Shown piece after piece: positions 53,101 through 64,000 of a stretch of 64,000 nucleotides of DNA. The notes under the pieces are model-generated. The model was not told the DNA's origin, did no database searches, and saw only the letters and a program-made list of their open reading frames with translations. The stretch comes from Octopus vulgaris (taxonomy: Eukaryota). The first letter of the stretch is position 1, and every line of letters starts with the position of its first letter. A program made the translations under genes and the position numbers. The stretch lies in contig OX597816.1 of assembly GCA_951406725.2 (NCBI GenBank), positions 151,714,001-151,778,000 of the forward strand. Reading direction: 5' to 3'.

Positions 53101-56100
53101 AAGGTAACATGAAAAAAGCACTCAGTCCACACTGTAAAGTGGTTGTTTTAGGAAGGGCTTCCCGCTATAAAAACAATGCCAATGTAGATATTGGAGCTCG
53201 ATGCAGTCTTTGGACACATCAGTTCCTGTCAAATCGTCCAACCCATGCCAGCATGGAATATGGATGTTAAACGATGATGATAATATCACAATCTTTTAAG
53301 GCTGATTCCCATTGTGCTTTGCTGTGCTTGGTGCCACTATTTGTCAGAGTATATATGGATAAGTTCTCCTAGCTGAGGATTACCATCAGATGATAAAAAG
53401 GTTAAGTTCCATGGTAAACCTCAAGAGGATATTCAATCAGTTGGTACAGCATTCCATTTCTCTGTCTCTTTGTTGCTTCACTTCATTATGTACTATATTT
53501 TGACCACTGACATCTAGCTGGGCTACTTACAGAGATTGAAAAATGGCTTAGTAACACCTGATGAATCATAGTCTCCTCCTCCTTCATCAACAACAAATCC
53601 AAAACCCATTCTGTTTACACAGAATGGAAGAGACACTGTAAATGTGCCTGTATGTAGTAGCAGGGACTCTCAGGATTGGAGATTGCTGTGATGACAAATT
53701 GTGCCCTTTGCATATCCAAGAGCTCTTTCATTTTTAGTATTTTGTTTCACTGAGCTGGTGGAACCTTTGTGGAACCTACTATGGTATGAAGTGCAATGTT
53801 TTGTTCTTTTGTAGTTTATGATATGTTGTGGAGCATAGGGTAAGAGTTGGGGGTGCAGGCAGGTTAGGTATAATCCTTGATGGATCAAATTTTTGTTTGT
53901 ACACTTATGTTATTGTCTCTTTGTGATGCCAAATGTAGGGCTTGTTGTTTATCATGCCTTCTGCATATTCTATAAATGTTGTAGAGGTGTTGTCATCATC
54001 ATCATTTAGCATCTGTTGTCCATACTGGCAAGGGTTGAACAGAAACAGACAAACATTGAAGAATCCAAGCATTTGTCTGCTTTTGTCCAACCCATGTATG
54101 TATGTATGTTATATAACAAAATAATTGATGTACAATCATAATTCTTTCAAAAGGGAATGCCTTTAAAAGTAACAAAAACATACCCATGCTTCCTGTAGAA
54201 TGACACCATAGTAACAAGATGATGGTTCCAATAACATTTATAGCACCAACTAAGAGAATTTTCTGAGCCTAAAACAGATTTGAGAAAACATATCAATTTT
54301 TGGGGGGTTTAAAAACCATAATTTTACAATCAATTTCTCTTTGAGCAAAAATAAACTTAAATCATATGTAGGAACAGTAACAGAGCAAAGGTAAGCACTA
54401 CACTAAAACCTTATTTTGATGGGTGTGTTAATAACATGCCCTCAGCAAAATGCAATGATTAATTCCAATAATCAACACCTGGCATAATTATCTTCTTGTT
54501 ATAGATTATTTTTCCTTTTCTGAATAGTCACATCTAAATATTATTTAGAAATTTATGAACTGTTTTTTCCCCAACAGAGAATATCATTAGTTTTCTTGGA
54601 TTCTGGGTTTTATTTATTTTAATATTAATTCTGGTCATTCATAACCAAAATAAAAAAAACAAAAAAAAAAACAAGAAATATAGAATGACCTTAAAACTTA
54701 CTTTTTTATTTTTCAATATGTCAGATAATTCTTTCAGAAGAACTTCTGGTATAGAATGTGGAGTAGTCAAAAAAGGATATATAGTTCCCTAAAATATAAA
54801 AGCAAGTTTTATTAAGGTAAATAAACAAGAACTTCAAACAAATTTTTAAAAATAAATCATTTGACCCTTACTCCCTTAAAACCCCACCACCAAAAAAAAG
54901 AAACAAAAAAAAAAACGATTTTGTTGACAAAAATCTTTTGTTAGAGGTCTAAAATTTTAGAGGTTAGTTGAAATAAGATTTATGTCTCACTTGCAACTTC
55001 TTCTTTATATTCTAGAAGAAAAAAAAGAGATACAAGAAAATAAAGCTGTGTTTATCACATAAAGTCCAACTTGAGTTAAATAAAGAGATCAATAGTTATT
55101 GCTCAAAAGTTGCAAAAGTAATTCTAAAATGACTGCAAATAAATAATATTGGCACAAAACTACATTTATAGAAGATTTGTATAATTACTGAAGTTCTTTG
55201 TACATATTTATTGATACTGGAGGAATGAAATGTAAGATCAACTGCATTTAGTTTAGTAACCTACCACCATTTTGGCAACTCCAAAGTCCTGCAATACTAA
55301 TAAAAACAATGATAAGTAACTTATGATACATATCTACCTTCTAAAACTGAAGATATTAGAAATTATGTTAACCATGACTGAGTACAGAAAAAAAGCCATG
55401 CCTCACCAACCTACCAAACTGTTTTTGCTTCATTTACTGTTCTCTGAGTCCCAGTTAGTGAAACAATTAGAATGCTAGCAGAAGAGTTAATTGTTTCTAA
55501 ATTTTGTTTAATAGTTACTATTGGCCCAAAATATTTCTATATGTAAAAAAACCTGTTGTCTACAGATCAAGTTGCTCCATGCTGACAATGCAGCACTGAT
55601 GAGGTTCAATAAGTCTGAAACATGTCTATTGCTGTCATTCTCCCAACTGATCTTTATTAAGATTAGATCTTTCCTTTATGTATGAGACTTGAATTTGTTT
55701 TTAATTCCTAATTACCTTCCTTTTTCTTTGTAAGTTGCTAATGATTACCGTTAGGTTTTTGTTTTCTTTCCCCAGCTATGAGAAGAATCCATTAAAATTT
55801 TTTTTACATATGTTATTCAGTACCTACTTTATTTATCTTGTCCCTGACACTTTGCTGAGTGAGAAAAGCTCATAGAAATTAATTGTGAAAACACTCTATC
55901 TTTGATAAGTATTTTTGAGATGGCTTACATTGTTAGGATGTAATTATTGCATTAACTGGAGGAGAGATGTAGGATATCACCTTTAGAAATATTACTTGAC
56001 ATGCCAAAGAGAGTAGCATGATTTCTTTCTGAAATAGAAGTGTTGTTGCAATGCCATTTACTGTTCTGAGATTGCTGACTGTATAGACTTACAGTTCAAG

Positions 56101-58333
56101 CCCAATCAAAAAACTTTTTACAACATTTATCTCTGCATTCTAACCCTCAACCTACTAGAAAGTTGCCACCTCAGGATATATACACTAAACAATAGATACA
56201 GACACAGACCTTCTCGCTCAAATGTACACTACCTCACAACTACCTTACTAGCTTACCTGTTGCAGAAATTACTCTTTCTTCAGAGATAACATCACTCAAA
56301 TCATTGTTACAAAACTCACTGCTACAAAAATATTAATTACAAGACACAAGAATTGTGAGTCTAATCTTTTAAAACTACCAATCAAATTGTCATGATTTCA
56401 AACCTCATTGCATGGCTCTGGCACACATAATTCTGTTCCAATTTGCCTGGCCATCAAATATTAGCACGCCGGGTGAAATGCTTAGCTGTATTTCGTCTGT
56501 CTTTATGTTCTGAGTTCAAATTCCGCTGAGGTCAACTTTGCCTTTCATCCATTAAGGGTCGATAAATTAAGTACCAATTGCATACTGAGGTCGATCTAAT
56601 CAACTGGCCCCACCTCCCCAAAAGTTTTGAGCCTTGTGCCTAGAGTAGGAAAAAAAAAAAAGAATTTGCCTGGCTATATTCCTATTTAATACTTGAGTAT
56701 TCAAAGCTCCAATAAAATCCATTTCGCTTATCACACACTGAGAAAAAAAATTTGTGTTTCTTGTACTTACAAGTGGTTGATACTTTGGTACTATACAACT
56801 GGCAGATTCTTTATTTCCTAGAACTGAAAACAAATCGAAGGGAACATATGTAAGGACATTTAAAAAAAAAATTTTTCTAAGTGATAATACAACTGAATTA
56901 AACACAGATATAATCAGTAAAGTTTGGATATCAGGATGGTAGTTTCATGAATAGTAAGTAGTAAACAGAAGAAAGAATCTTCGTAAGGGAAAAACTAAAC
57001 CAAAAATAATTACAGAAGAGAGTAATGCCTGGTGTTCAGAGATGCAGCTTAAAAGGTGATGTTTAACCAGTTGGTTTATCAATTAGTTGGTGCTTTGAGT
57101 CAGATTAGTTCTTCTGTAGCTAGGAAAAGATACCAGTAAATGGATGTGGCAGTCAATATATTTTTGATGTTTAATACGACCAAATTGTGAGAAGGTCCAC
57201 AACTAACATAGAAAGTATGTAGAAATTTAAATGGCTTTGAGTAAATGTTGGACACACACACGTGTGCAGGTATGGATATGTTGAAGTCCATTTCCCAACC
57301 AAGTGGTTTCACAATACCACTGCGCAACAACTTGGGAAAGCGGCTTCTACTACGGTCCTAGACTGGCCTTGTGAGTAAACTTGGTAGACGGAAACTGAAA
57401 GAAGCCCGTCGTGTGTGTGTGTTACTGCCTTCTTATCTTGTCATCACATGATAATTGGAAGCGAGTGTCTCCGGCATGCAAGCTGCGTCCTTCGTTTCCA
57501 ATCTTCCGAGACATGTCTGGTCACGCGGAAATATTATTTTGCTCGGAAATTAGGTTATGGCACGCGACAGGATGGGCATTCGGCTGTAGAAAATTTGCCT
57601 CAACAAGTTCCGTCCGACCCATACGAACATTGAATAAATGGACATTGGAAATGATGATGAAGTCTAGCAACATATTAACTATTCAAAACTTCATACATAT
57701 TGACTAGTATTCGGCATAAGCAGTATCAACTGTATCTCTCGAAGTGGCATAAACAATATTTGGATATCACTCGACATTTACTTTTTATGGTGTTTGTGTG
57801 CAACGTTGGATCATTGGGATCAAGAAAATGAAGAGTATAGTTAACTGAGTTATGATTTAGAAGTTGTTGATAGCCACAAAACATTTAGTTTTAAAATGAC
57901 AAATACCTGGCAACACTAGATCAAGGATGATAGACAATTATGTCGCAACACTTCCATTAGGGACAGATACGACACATTTCAAGTTGTGTGGCGTTCTATC
58001 ATTCCAAGAATTTAGAGGACCGGTCGATAACCCTGAACCTATCATATGGAATATTCTTCCAATAATTTCTTTTGGATTTTACGTAACTAAAAAAAAAAAA
58101 AAATGAATTCATGTATTATAAATCTGCCTGTTTAACTATTAAATGAACTCTACTTAAACGTTAATCATTTGGATAAATAAAAAATTCCCGTTTGAGATAA
58201 ACATTTCAACTTTCTATTCATGCACTTGATGAACTTATCCACTCAACTCACCGTTGTAACCGGAATTAGAAATATCCACAGTAACACTGCTGCTGATCAA
58301 ATCAGGCATTATGTTATGGTTATGAGCACTCAT
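42405..58333 (-). CDS. SLC30A6: Zinc transporter 6 (ZnT6, CDF family), complete gene span, 13 coding exons, about 431 aa
   Basis: join(58333-58252,56823-56771,54788-54702,54268-54184,52056-52014,51889-51824,51001-50921,49619-49584,47235-47092,46036-45917,44709-44607,43911-43795,42683-42405) = 1296 nt, open ATG to TGA, all GT-AG. ZnT6 motifs ALTAYTYLTIFD, QPEIHTGRLL, SWLQEH, IGQLDKLLRE and VRRDADEQMVLAHV. Confidence 0.95.
42919..43279. repeat. Tandem repeat, 90-bp unit x4
   Basis: TGTTAAACGATTCTGCCAGC.. recurs at 42919, 43009, 43099 and 43189, almost identical. Confidence 0.97.
43795..43911 (-). CDS. SLC30A6: ZnT6 exon 12
   Basis: TSPSHIIGQLDKLLREASTLDGVLEFRHEHFWTVSFGVL; cttcag / gtaagt. Confidence 0.96.
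44607..44709 (-). CDS. SLC30A6: ZnT6 exon 11
   Basis: MYYSADTWAAVAIALMTWGTMFPMSMYTGKILLQ; ttttcag / gtaagt. Confidence 0.96.
44788..45075 (+). mobile_element. RTE 3'UTR / SINE copy
   Basis: Family motif ending GGAAAACGGACGTTAAA..(TGA)n. Confidence 0.85.
45917..46036 (-). CDS. SLC30A6: ZnT6 exon 10
   Basis: LCHVIPGLSKLLLPRLNPFALIAFAGAIALFSTHVLIDA; tgacag / gtaagt. Confidence 0.96.
47092..47235 (-). CDS. SLC30A6: ZnT6 exon 9
   Basis: GRLLLGTILAFVVHMVVTYSINNRAMNHVVAASSSSWLQEHMTDMSE; polyT-gcag / gtaaat. Confidence 0.95.
47347..47503. repeat. Long near-perfect inverted repeat (arms about 73-78 bp, 6-nt loop)
   Basis: GAGTCATTCTCTTTTAGTGCCTTATTTAACACACTCACTGGTAAAGTTTCCACTCAT - GAGTAA - reverse complement with a 3-nt bulge. 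Confidence 0.95.
47930..48775 (+). mobile_element. Internally deleted mariner transposon
   Basis: EQGANVKFC, RTSLEDDE*SGR, HPLYLPDLASVDFHLFPKMKMQLKG (the YSPDLAP.DF.LF motif); decayed TIRs CCGAGACTAGTT / AACTAGACTGGG. Confidence 0.88.
49584..49619 (-). CDS. SLC30A6: ZnT6 exon 8 (36 nt)
   Basis: IERFIMQPEIHT; ttcttag / gtaagt. Confidence 0.94.
50921..51001 (-). CDS. SLC30A6: ZnT6 exon 7
   Basis: YDRFVVLAVFASTMLAQLGALFIIKE; ttctag / gtatat. Confidence 0.95.
51824..51889 (-). CDS. SLC30A6: ZnT6 exon 6
   Basis: LLTCLLTLWIQYQRSSSIYSFG; tttccag / gtaagg. Confidence 0.94.
52014..52056 (-). CDS. SLC30A6: ZnT6 exon 5 (43 nt)
   Basis: ALTAYTYLTIFDIFS; cttacag / gtaaga. Confidence 0.95.
54184..54268 (-). 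CDS. SLC30A6: ZnT6 exon 4
   Basis: AQKILLVGAINVIGTIILLLWCHSTGSM; ttttag / gtatgt. Confidence 0.94.
54702..54788 (-). CDS. SLC30A6: ZnT6 exon 3
   Basis: GTIYPFLTTPHSIPEVLLKELSDILKNKK (compare human M|GTIHLF); 87 nt; ttttag / gtaagt. Confidence 0.9.
55583..55637 (+). ncRNA. Degenerate minimal type I hammerhead ribozyme motif (Penelope-like)
   Basis: TGACA-AT-GCAGCA CTGATGA GGTTCAATAAGTCT GAAA CATGTC TATTGC-TGTCA: core boxes, palindromic ACATGT stem III and paired stem I; stem II decayed. Confidence 0.6.
56458..56650 (+). mobile_element. tRNA-SINE (Meta/MESC-like)
   Basis: TTAGCACGCCGGGTGAAATGCTTAGC..GAGTTCAAATTCC..GTCAACTTTGCCTTTCATCC. Confidence 0.85.
56771..56823 (-). CDS. SLC30A6: ZnT6 exon 2 (predicted, N-terminal extension)
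   Basis: gttttcag / gtaagt; 53 nt converts phase 1 to phase 0 with no stop: VLGNKESASCIVPKYQPL; no homology support. Confidence 0.7.
58252..58333 (-). CDS. SLC30A6: ZnT6 exon 1 coding part (predicted start)
   Basis: aaaATG context, MSAHNHNIMPDLISSSVTVDISNSGYN, G|GTGAGT donor, in a CpG-richer zone; no homology support. Confidence 0.65.
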
Positions 58334-59414
58334 TTTCCCGACAGTTAATTAGACTTTAAAAAGCTCACAGCAAGACATAATTCCAATAAGCACATTTCGT
58401 TGGCAAAGTACCTATGTGGCACTTGGTTTCGTACACACAAGAGTTCCAATGTTTTTGTTAGTATGAATAACGTCCCTTGTCTACTCCCAATCACAACAAT
58501 CATTTGTCATAAAGTTGCGGCTGTAAAGCAGAACAGACGACAAATATGTAAAAGAAATGTTTGAACGAAGAAATAGACGTTTATTTTTCTAATTATTCTA
58601 TAAAAAACACACGTGTTTGATATAACTAATCCTCTTTGACAGCAAGAATATGTGGTTAGGCCAAAATAAATTTATTTCCAGTGGCCCTTTCAGTGCCATT
58701 CTTTTAGGAATGGTACTTGGATTACTTCTAGAGAAATCGAAAGGTACTCTAATGTTTTGTTTATGTTTAATTATTTAAATATTATTACATGATTTATTGT
58801 GGAATGTTTTCTGCTAGGCCAGGTCCTTAACAATAACTTTAAACTTATAAAGTTTTTAATCTGTAATCTCTTAAAACTCAGTTTTTCTAATCCGTATTTA
58901 TTACATTTATATATCCGATTAAATTCTAGCATCTCTTCTGGTGATCACATTTTCTCACTCGTGTTTGACAAATTAAGTGTTTGTAGGACAATGATGGATT
59001 AGACTAGAAAATATAAACACGAATTACGCGGGATTGCCATGAGAAGTGACGACTAACGTTTCGATCAAGGACTTTAACAAAAAACTTTCATCTTATATAT
59101 TACTACTTCTCAGTACACACCCAACTTTTGATTATGTCTTTTAGAAAAATAAATTTGCCAAGTTCCTTTTAAACTGTCTAATTCTAGCTCTATATGATAA
59201 AGCTACATAGAACGCACCTTGTGGCGGTTGTCGTGATGCATTGGCCAACAAGTTCCGGTATAACCCTTCATAATGCCCGGCAGTGTTGGCATACCCCGTG
59301 TGTAAGATGACGGGATAATATAGAGCAGACAATAGACATTCAAAAGAGTTCAAATCCCACTGGGATTAACTTCGACTTTAATCTTTCCGGAGAGAATGAA
59401 ATATTGATTTCAAA

Positions 59415-59600
59415 TTTTGGCACAAGGCCAGCAATTTCAGGGGAGTGGGTAAGTCGATTACATCGACTTCAATACTCAACTGGTACTTATTTTATTGATC
59501 CCGAAAAAAAAAAAAAAAAGGCAAAGTCGACTTCAGCGGACTTTGAACTCGGAATGTAAAGATGGAAGAAATAACACTAAACATTTTGCCCGGCCACCAT
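59415..59600 (-). mobile_element. tRNA-SINE copy
   Basis: GGCACAAGGCCAGCAATTT..GTCGATTACATCGAC..GGCAAAGTCGAC..TTTGAACTCGGAA. Confidence 0.8.
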
Positions 59601-62005
59601 GAAGTGAATAAAATTACTATCTGTGAAGTATTGGAGTCAAGAAAATCGACTTTTCCCTCCCACAAAATTTCTGACCTGGTGCCTATGCAAGAAATCAATT
59701 TAATTTCATGTTACATTTTTAATGAGGTGAATAAACTTAGACCGATCTTCTAGGCACCGTCTCAATTGATAATCTTGAGCGAAATTTGTTTTTGGTTATA
59801 AACTTTGCTGAATACCTTTTTCACAGCGTTAAGTAGATGAGAACAACAAAAGGTTCCCAAAACATTTTCTAGACACGAGTTTAGTTGGTTGTGATTACTT
59901 CAAAATTCCAGTATTTTTACAAACCTCTTGTACCATCGGTATTTCTCTTGCATACCCCTTATGGAGAATCTGGTATATATAAGCGTACCCATCCACCTCT
60001 GACTTTGTTTCATCGTAACTTTCAGGAAAATGAATATTTCTACGAATGAAATTATCTACGAATACATTTCAGACTGAGTAGATTACGATTACATTGGAAC
60101 TTATTGAGAAAACATTTTTCTATTGAGTAGGGAAGTTTGTTCCCTCATAACTGTCAGAAAAATTGATCAGATGGCTAGATTACGGTTCTGTCAGAATTCA
60201 ATGAGAAACAACAACAAAAAATTGGTGAGCGGACATACATACGTACTGATACGCATCACATGTATATCTACAAAATGAACTATGAAATCGTAACTTAATC
60301 ATCTGAATGGTATATGTAGAAAATTTCATTTAAAAATATCTATTTTTCTGAAATTTACGAGGGAACAAATGTCATCAGGGCACACTTGTGTAGCTATGTT
60401 GGAGAAACCTTACAAATTTTATGAAAACTATAATTAAACACACTAAAAGTGTTTTTGTATATAAGTCCTTCTTCGCTAACGGTGTTGAACCAAAGTTTCA
60501 TTAGTTAACTTAAAGAGACTTAGCAACGGGCCAATTACTTTTTCAGATGTGTTATACTACTTCATATTAGTTATTGCTATCGATCACAATTGGTGCATAA
60601 GCATTGTGTATGAAGAGTTCCCTGCTAACAGAGAATAAGGGTTTTGAGACAAAAATAACTTAAATAGTTCACTGAGAACGATGAGGGTGAGTGCGTAAAG
60701 AGAGCAAGAGTTTTATGGGAATTTCACATAAGGCAAATAACTTTATATTGTACGGTGTCAAAAATATGAAACATATTCTGCCACAATAAAGAAACCATTA
60801 AAAGTAACAATTGTACTCTAGAGTTTATGTCGACTGGGGCACAGTATACAATACACACGAAAACTCTCTCCCAATGCGACAATAAAAATGCTGCTTGGTA
60901 AGGACTGCTTCTTTCAGCCAGACGAGCTATTCATTAGTTTCCACTAACAACCCAGTCAAAAACAAAAACAAAAAAAAAGGACAGAAATCTATTTAATTGA
61001 ATATTGTCAGTTGACTTAATGCATCTCTGTGTTCTTTTGATCAGACATTCTATACTACAAGTAATAATTAAATTATATGCCAATAATTTCATTGGTTGTA
61101 TATGCATATATTTTGCTTAAGAGATATAATGACCGTTTTTTGAATATCATGTATCAAATGATTCGTACAAGCGAAACCCGTGGATATTCCACAGGCGAAC
61201 GCGCGCAGCTACACACACACTTTTGCAAAAATTAAGAGTCGTCAACTACATTGTGCTTATGGTATAAGCTTTTAAAGTGCTCGAATTCCATCCATGCTCG
61301 AGCTCTTTATATTCTGAATTATTAAACGATAGAGTGTCACCCAGTTTAACACCACCATATAGTCTTTGGGTCCCTTTAGTTGAGTTCGCTTTGTTCCAAG
61401 TATTTTGGCTAGTTAGCCAGCTTCCGTGTCATTTCTCCCCCAACAGTCGGGGACAACTTTCAGTCGAACGAAGTTACTTCGTTCATATTTCGATTGTTAT
61501 GACATTATGCCAAAAGAGTGTTAGAGTTATTGCCCTTTGATTGTAATGGGCATCTTCATACGATTCCTATTTACCTGAGTAAAACTGCTTTAGAGAAGTC
61601 GTATAATGCTATTATTATTACGTTATTGATATTATTTCTGTATATGTGATGGATTGGCAACATCGATCGAATCCAGATGAATTGCCTTTTAGTGAAAAAT
61701 ATGTCATAAAATAGGCTCAGAGATTAAATATTTTCAGACACTAAAGAGAAATGAGATTTCTCTTTAGGCTTTATTATGTAATTTTCTTACCATGAAATGT
61801 AAAAATGTTTGTCATTATAAAATGTCAACAGTCACTGGAAGGTCAAACATTTGTTTTGAGAAAGTGATAATGTACGCAAATGTATGTATATACGTCTGTC
61901 TGTCATTGTTTATTTCAAGATTTCTTGCCAGTAGAGAAAGAGCCTATTTCTAACCTAGATTCAAGGCTTCTTCATTGGAATTTCTACATCAACAACTGGG
62001 TATTT

Positions 62006-62100
62006 TTGTTTGTTTGTTTGTTTGTATGTATGTATGTATGTATGTATGTATGTATGTATGTATGTATGTATGTATGTATGTATGTATGTGTGTGTGTGTA
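62006..62100. repeat. Compound (TTTG)n(TATG)n(TG)n microsatellite
   Basis: Read directly; it explains the CMYV-repeat ORFs. Confidence 0.95.
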
Positions 62101-64000
62101 TATTTTGCTTTATGTATGTATTCTCGTACATATAGTTGCATACCTAGACATGCTGATATAGATTTAGATTATAAACTTCTGGAAAGTTTTACAGATTTTT
62201 ACAGTTCCAGTTATACTGGTAGTATAATGGATACTTTTATCCTTTAGACAGTTATTCCAACCTCTAACTCTACCTACCTTATATATATAGGGGGTGCAAA
62301 ATTAGTAACCAGGACAAAATGAGTAACTTCTGATTTCTCATTATTTTCTCCCTACCTGTTTGAAATCATCACATTGCAAGTATTGCTTCATTATTTTGTA
62401 CTGTTGCATCATATTTAGGAGTAAAAATTGGTCAGCATTGTTGTTTTTCTTCAATTTTGATCTGTTTGTAATTGAGGTTACTAATAAAATATCTGGATAA
62501 TTTTTGCTGTTTATCAATCAATATTCTATTCTTTGTTGGATTCCAAGTCAATTTTTTTCCTATACTAATGTCTAATTTGATAATTTTCAAATTTCTATAA
62601 AAATGATGCCTAAAATGGGCGTAAAATGAGTAATGTCTAATTTCCATAAATTCTTCTCTTTAACTGCATGGTGAGTAAATATATCATGAAGAAGACACTC
62701 CAGTAGATCGTCAAGAAGCTAGAGAACATTTTATGTTGAGTGAAAGTATTTTTGGATTATTGTTGTAAGTGTAATTAGAAAGAAAAAATTATTTATTGTA
62801 AATCACCAATTTATAATTTGTTACAAACACACATGTTCTATATATGTGTGTGTGCGTGTGTGTGTTAACTGCAAATGTAGACTTCAGTTTTTGTCTACTA
62901 ATATTGCAGAATTCCATGCATAATGGACATTATGATTTTGGGGCCTAAATTCTCTCATAATACCTTGTTCAATATACACTGTTGAACAATTTCTACAAGA
63001 GTAGATGATCTGCTATAGTCTAGTATATTTTTAATATTTCATTTTATGTAAAACATATTGATATATAATAAAACCAATAAAGCTTTATTAATAAAAGTGG
63101 ATGGTAGAACTTAGCAGCTTTACACCCTGTACTACATTTACCCCTAATTTTGCCTTTAATGATTTTGTCTTCTACATGAAATTTTACAGTAATTGTAGTT
63201 AAGGTGATATGCGATTGTTTGGTGCAGTAATAAGATAGGGATTGAATAAAAGTTTATATTAAATACTTAAGGTGATTAGGTATTATCACATAAGCATCCT
63301 TGTGAGTTGTACTTGGAATTACTCCATGTCCTATTTACTGTGGAAGTCTGTTTCTTATTTAGTGTATAATGTTCAGTATAATATTTTCAAGTAAGAATTT
63401 GTATCTATTTTAATCACATTTGATTTAGCACACATTCATTAAAATATGATATTAATTTTATATTTTACACATCTTCAGCACACACTGTTTTAATGCCATT
63501 GTTCTGTAGAATGGTTGGTGTTAGGAAGGGCATCCAGCTGTAGAAACCAAGCTAAAAGGGACTATGGAACCTGATGTGGCTCTTGACCTTGTCAGCTTGC
63601 ATCAAACCATCCAACTCATACCAGCATGGAAAATGGATGTTAAATCATGATGATGATGATGATGATGACAATGTTATATATATGAAATTGCTGAGCAGAC
63701 ATCTAAATATTAAATCGAAACAAAACAAAAATATCTTTGCAGTGTTTGATCCAGAGATTGTCCAGAAGCAGATGTTGTTTGAGAACTTTGTGATGTTAAA
63801 GTTTTTCCTCTCCACTTTGGCAACAGGTAAGACAAACAGAAAAATTATCTCACTATATTTCAATATACCCTTCTCTCTTTCTCTCATTCTCTCCCCCACT
63901 CTCTCATACACGCAATACTACATTTAATATCCTTTCCCTTACTTCACAACTGCTGCCATTTTCCTCTTTATTGTTATTATAATTATCATCACCATTACCA

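Noticed and set aside
55927-55953. 27-nt microexon-like segment on the minus strand (ctcctccag / gtaagc)
   Set aside because: Stops in all three frames and a weak exonic donor context (AAT|gt); no other support
61791-61793. ATG|GTAAGA as a human-like ATG-only first exon for ZnT6
   Set aside because: AT-rich context with an out-of-frame upstream ATG; the 58333 + 56823 model fits better, though this is not excluded
61880-62247. ORFs with CMYV or YI repeats (also 31934 and 43907)
   Set aside because: Translations of microsatellites

Overview
AT-rich, repeat-dense animal DNA. The SINE, RTE and microsatellite repertoire points to an octopod cephalopod (inference). Two spliced genes lie in tandem on the minus strand; I rebuilt both by hand from GT-AG boundaries with consistent codon phases. 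(1) GDAP2 (macro domain + CRAL-TRIO/BCH): 8 coding exons from ATG 30666 down to 161, 374 codons, continuing past the left edge. (2) SLC30A6/ZnT6 zinc transporter: complete, 13 coding exons from 58333 to 42405, about 431 aa, with a 45-aa N-terminal extension. Introns and intergenic DNA hold a decayed Ty3/gypsy LTR element, RTE and CR1-type LINE 3' ends, tRNA-derived SINE families, Tigger, hAT and mariner fossils, nested MITEs and tandem repeats. Most ORFs in the supplied track are spurious. The best second-look items are a minimal Penelope-type hammerhead ribozyme motif in a ZnT6 intron, an interlocked double inverted-repeat insertion, a long hairpin beside a ZnT6 exon, and two candidate poison exons. 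I found nothing that amounts to a demonstrably new multi-gene system.
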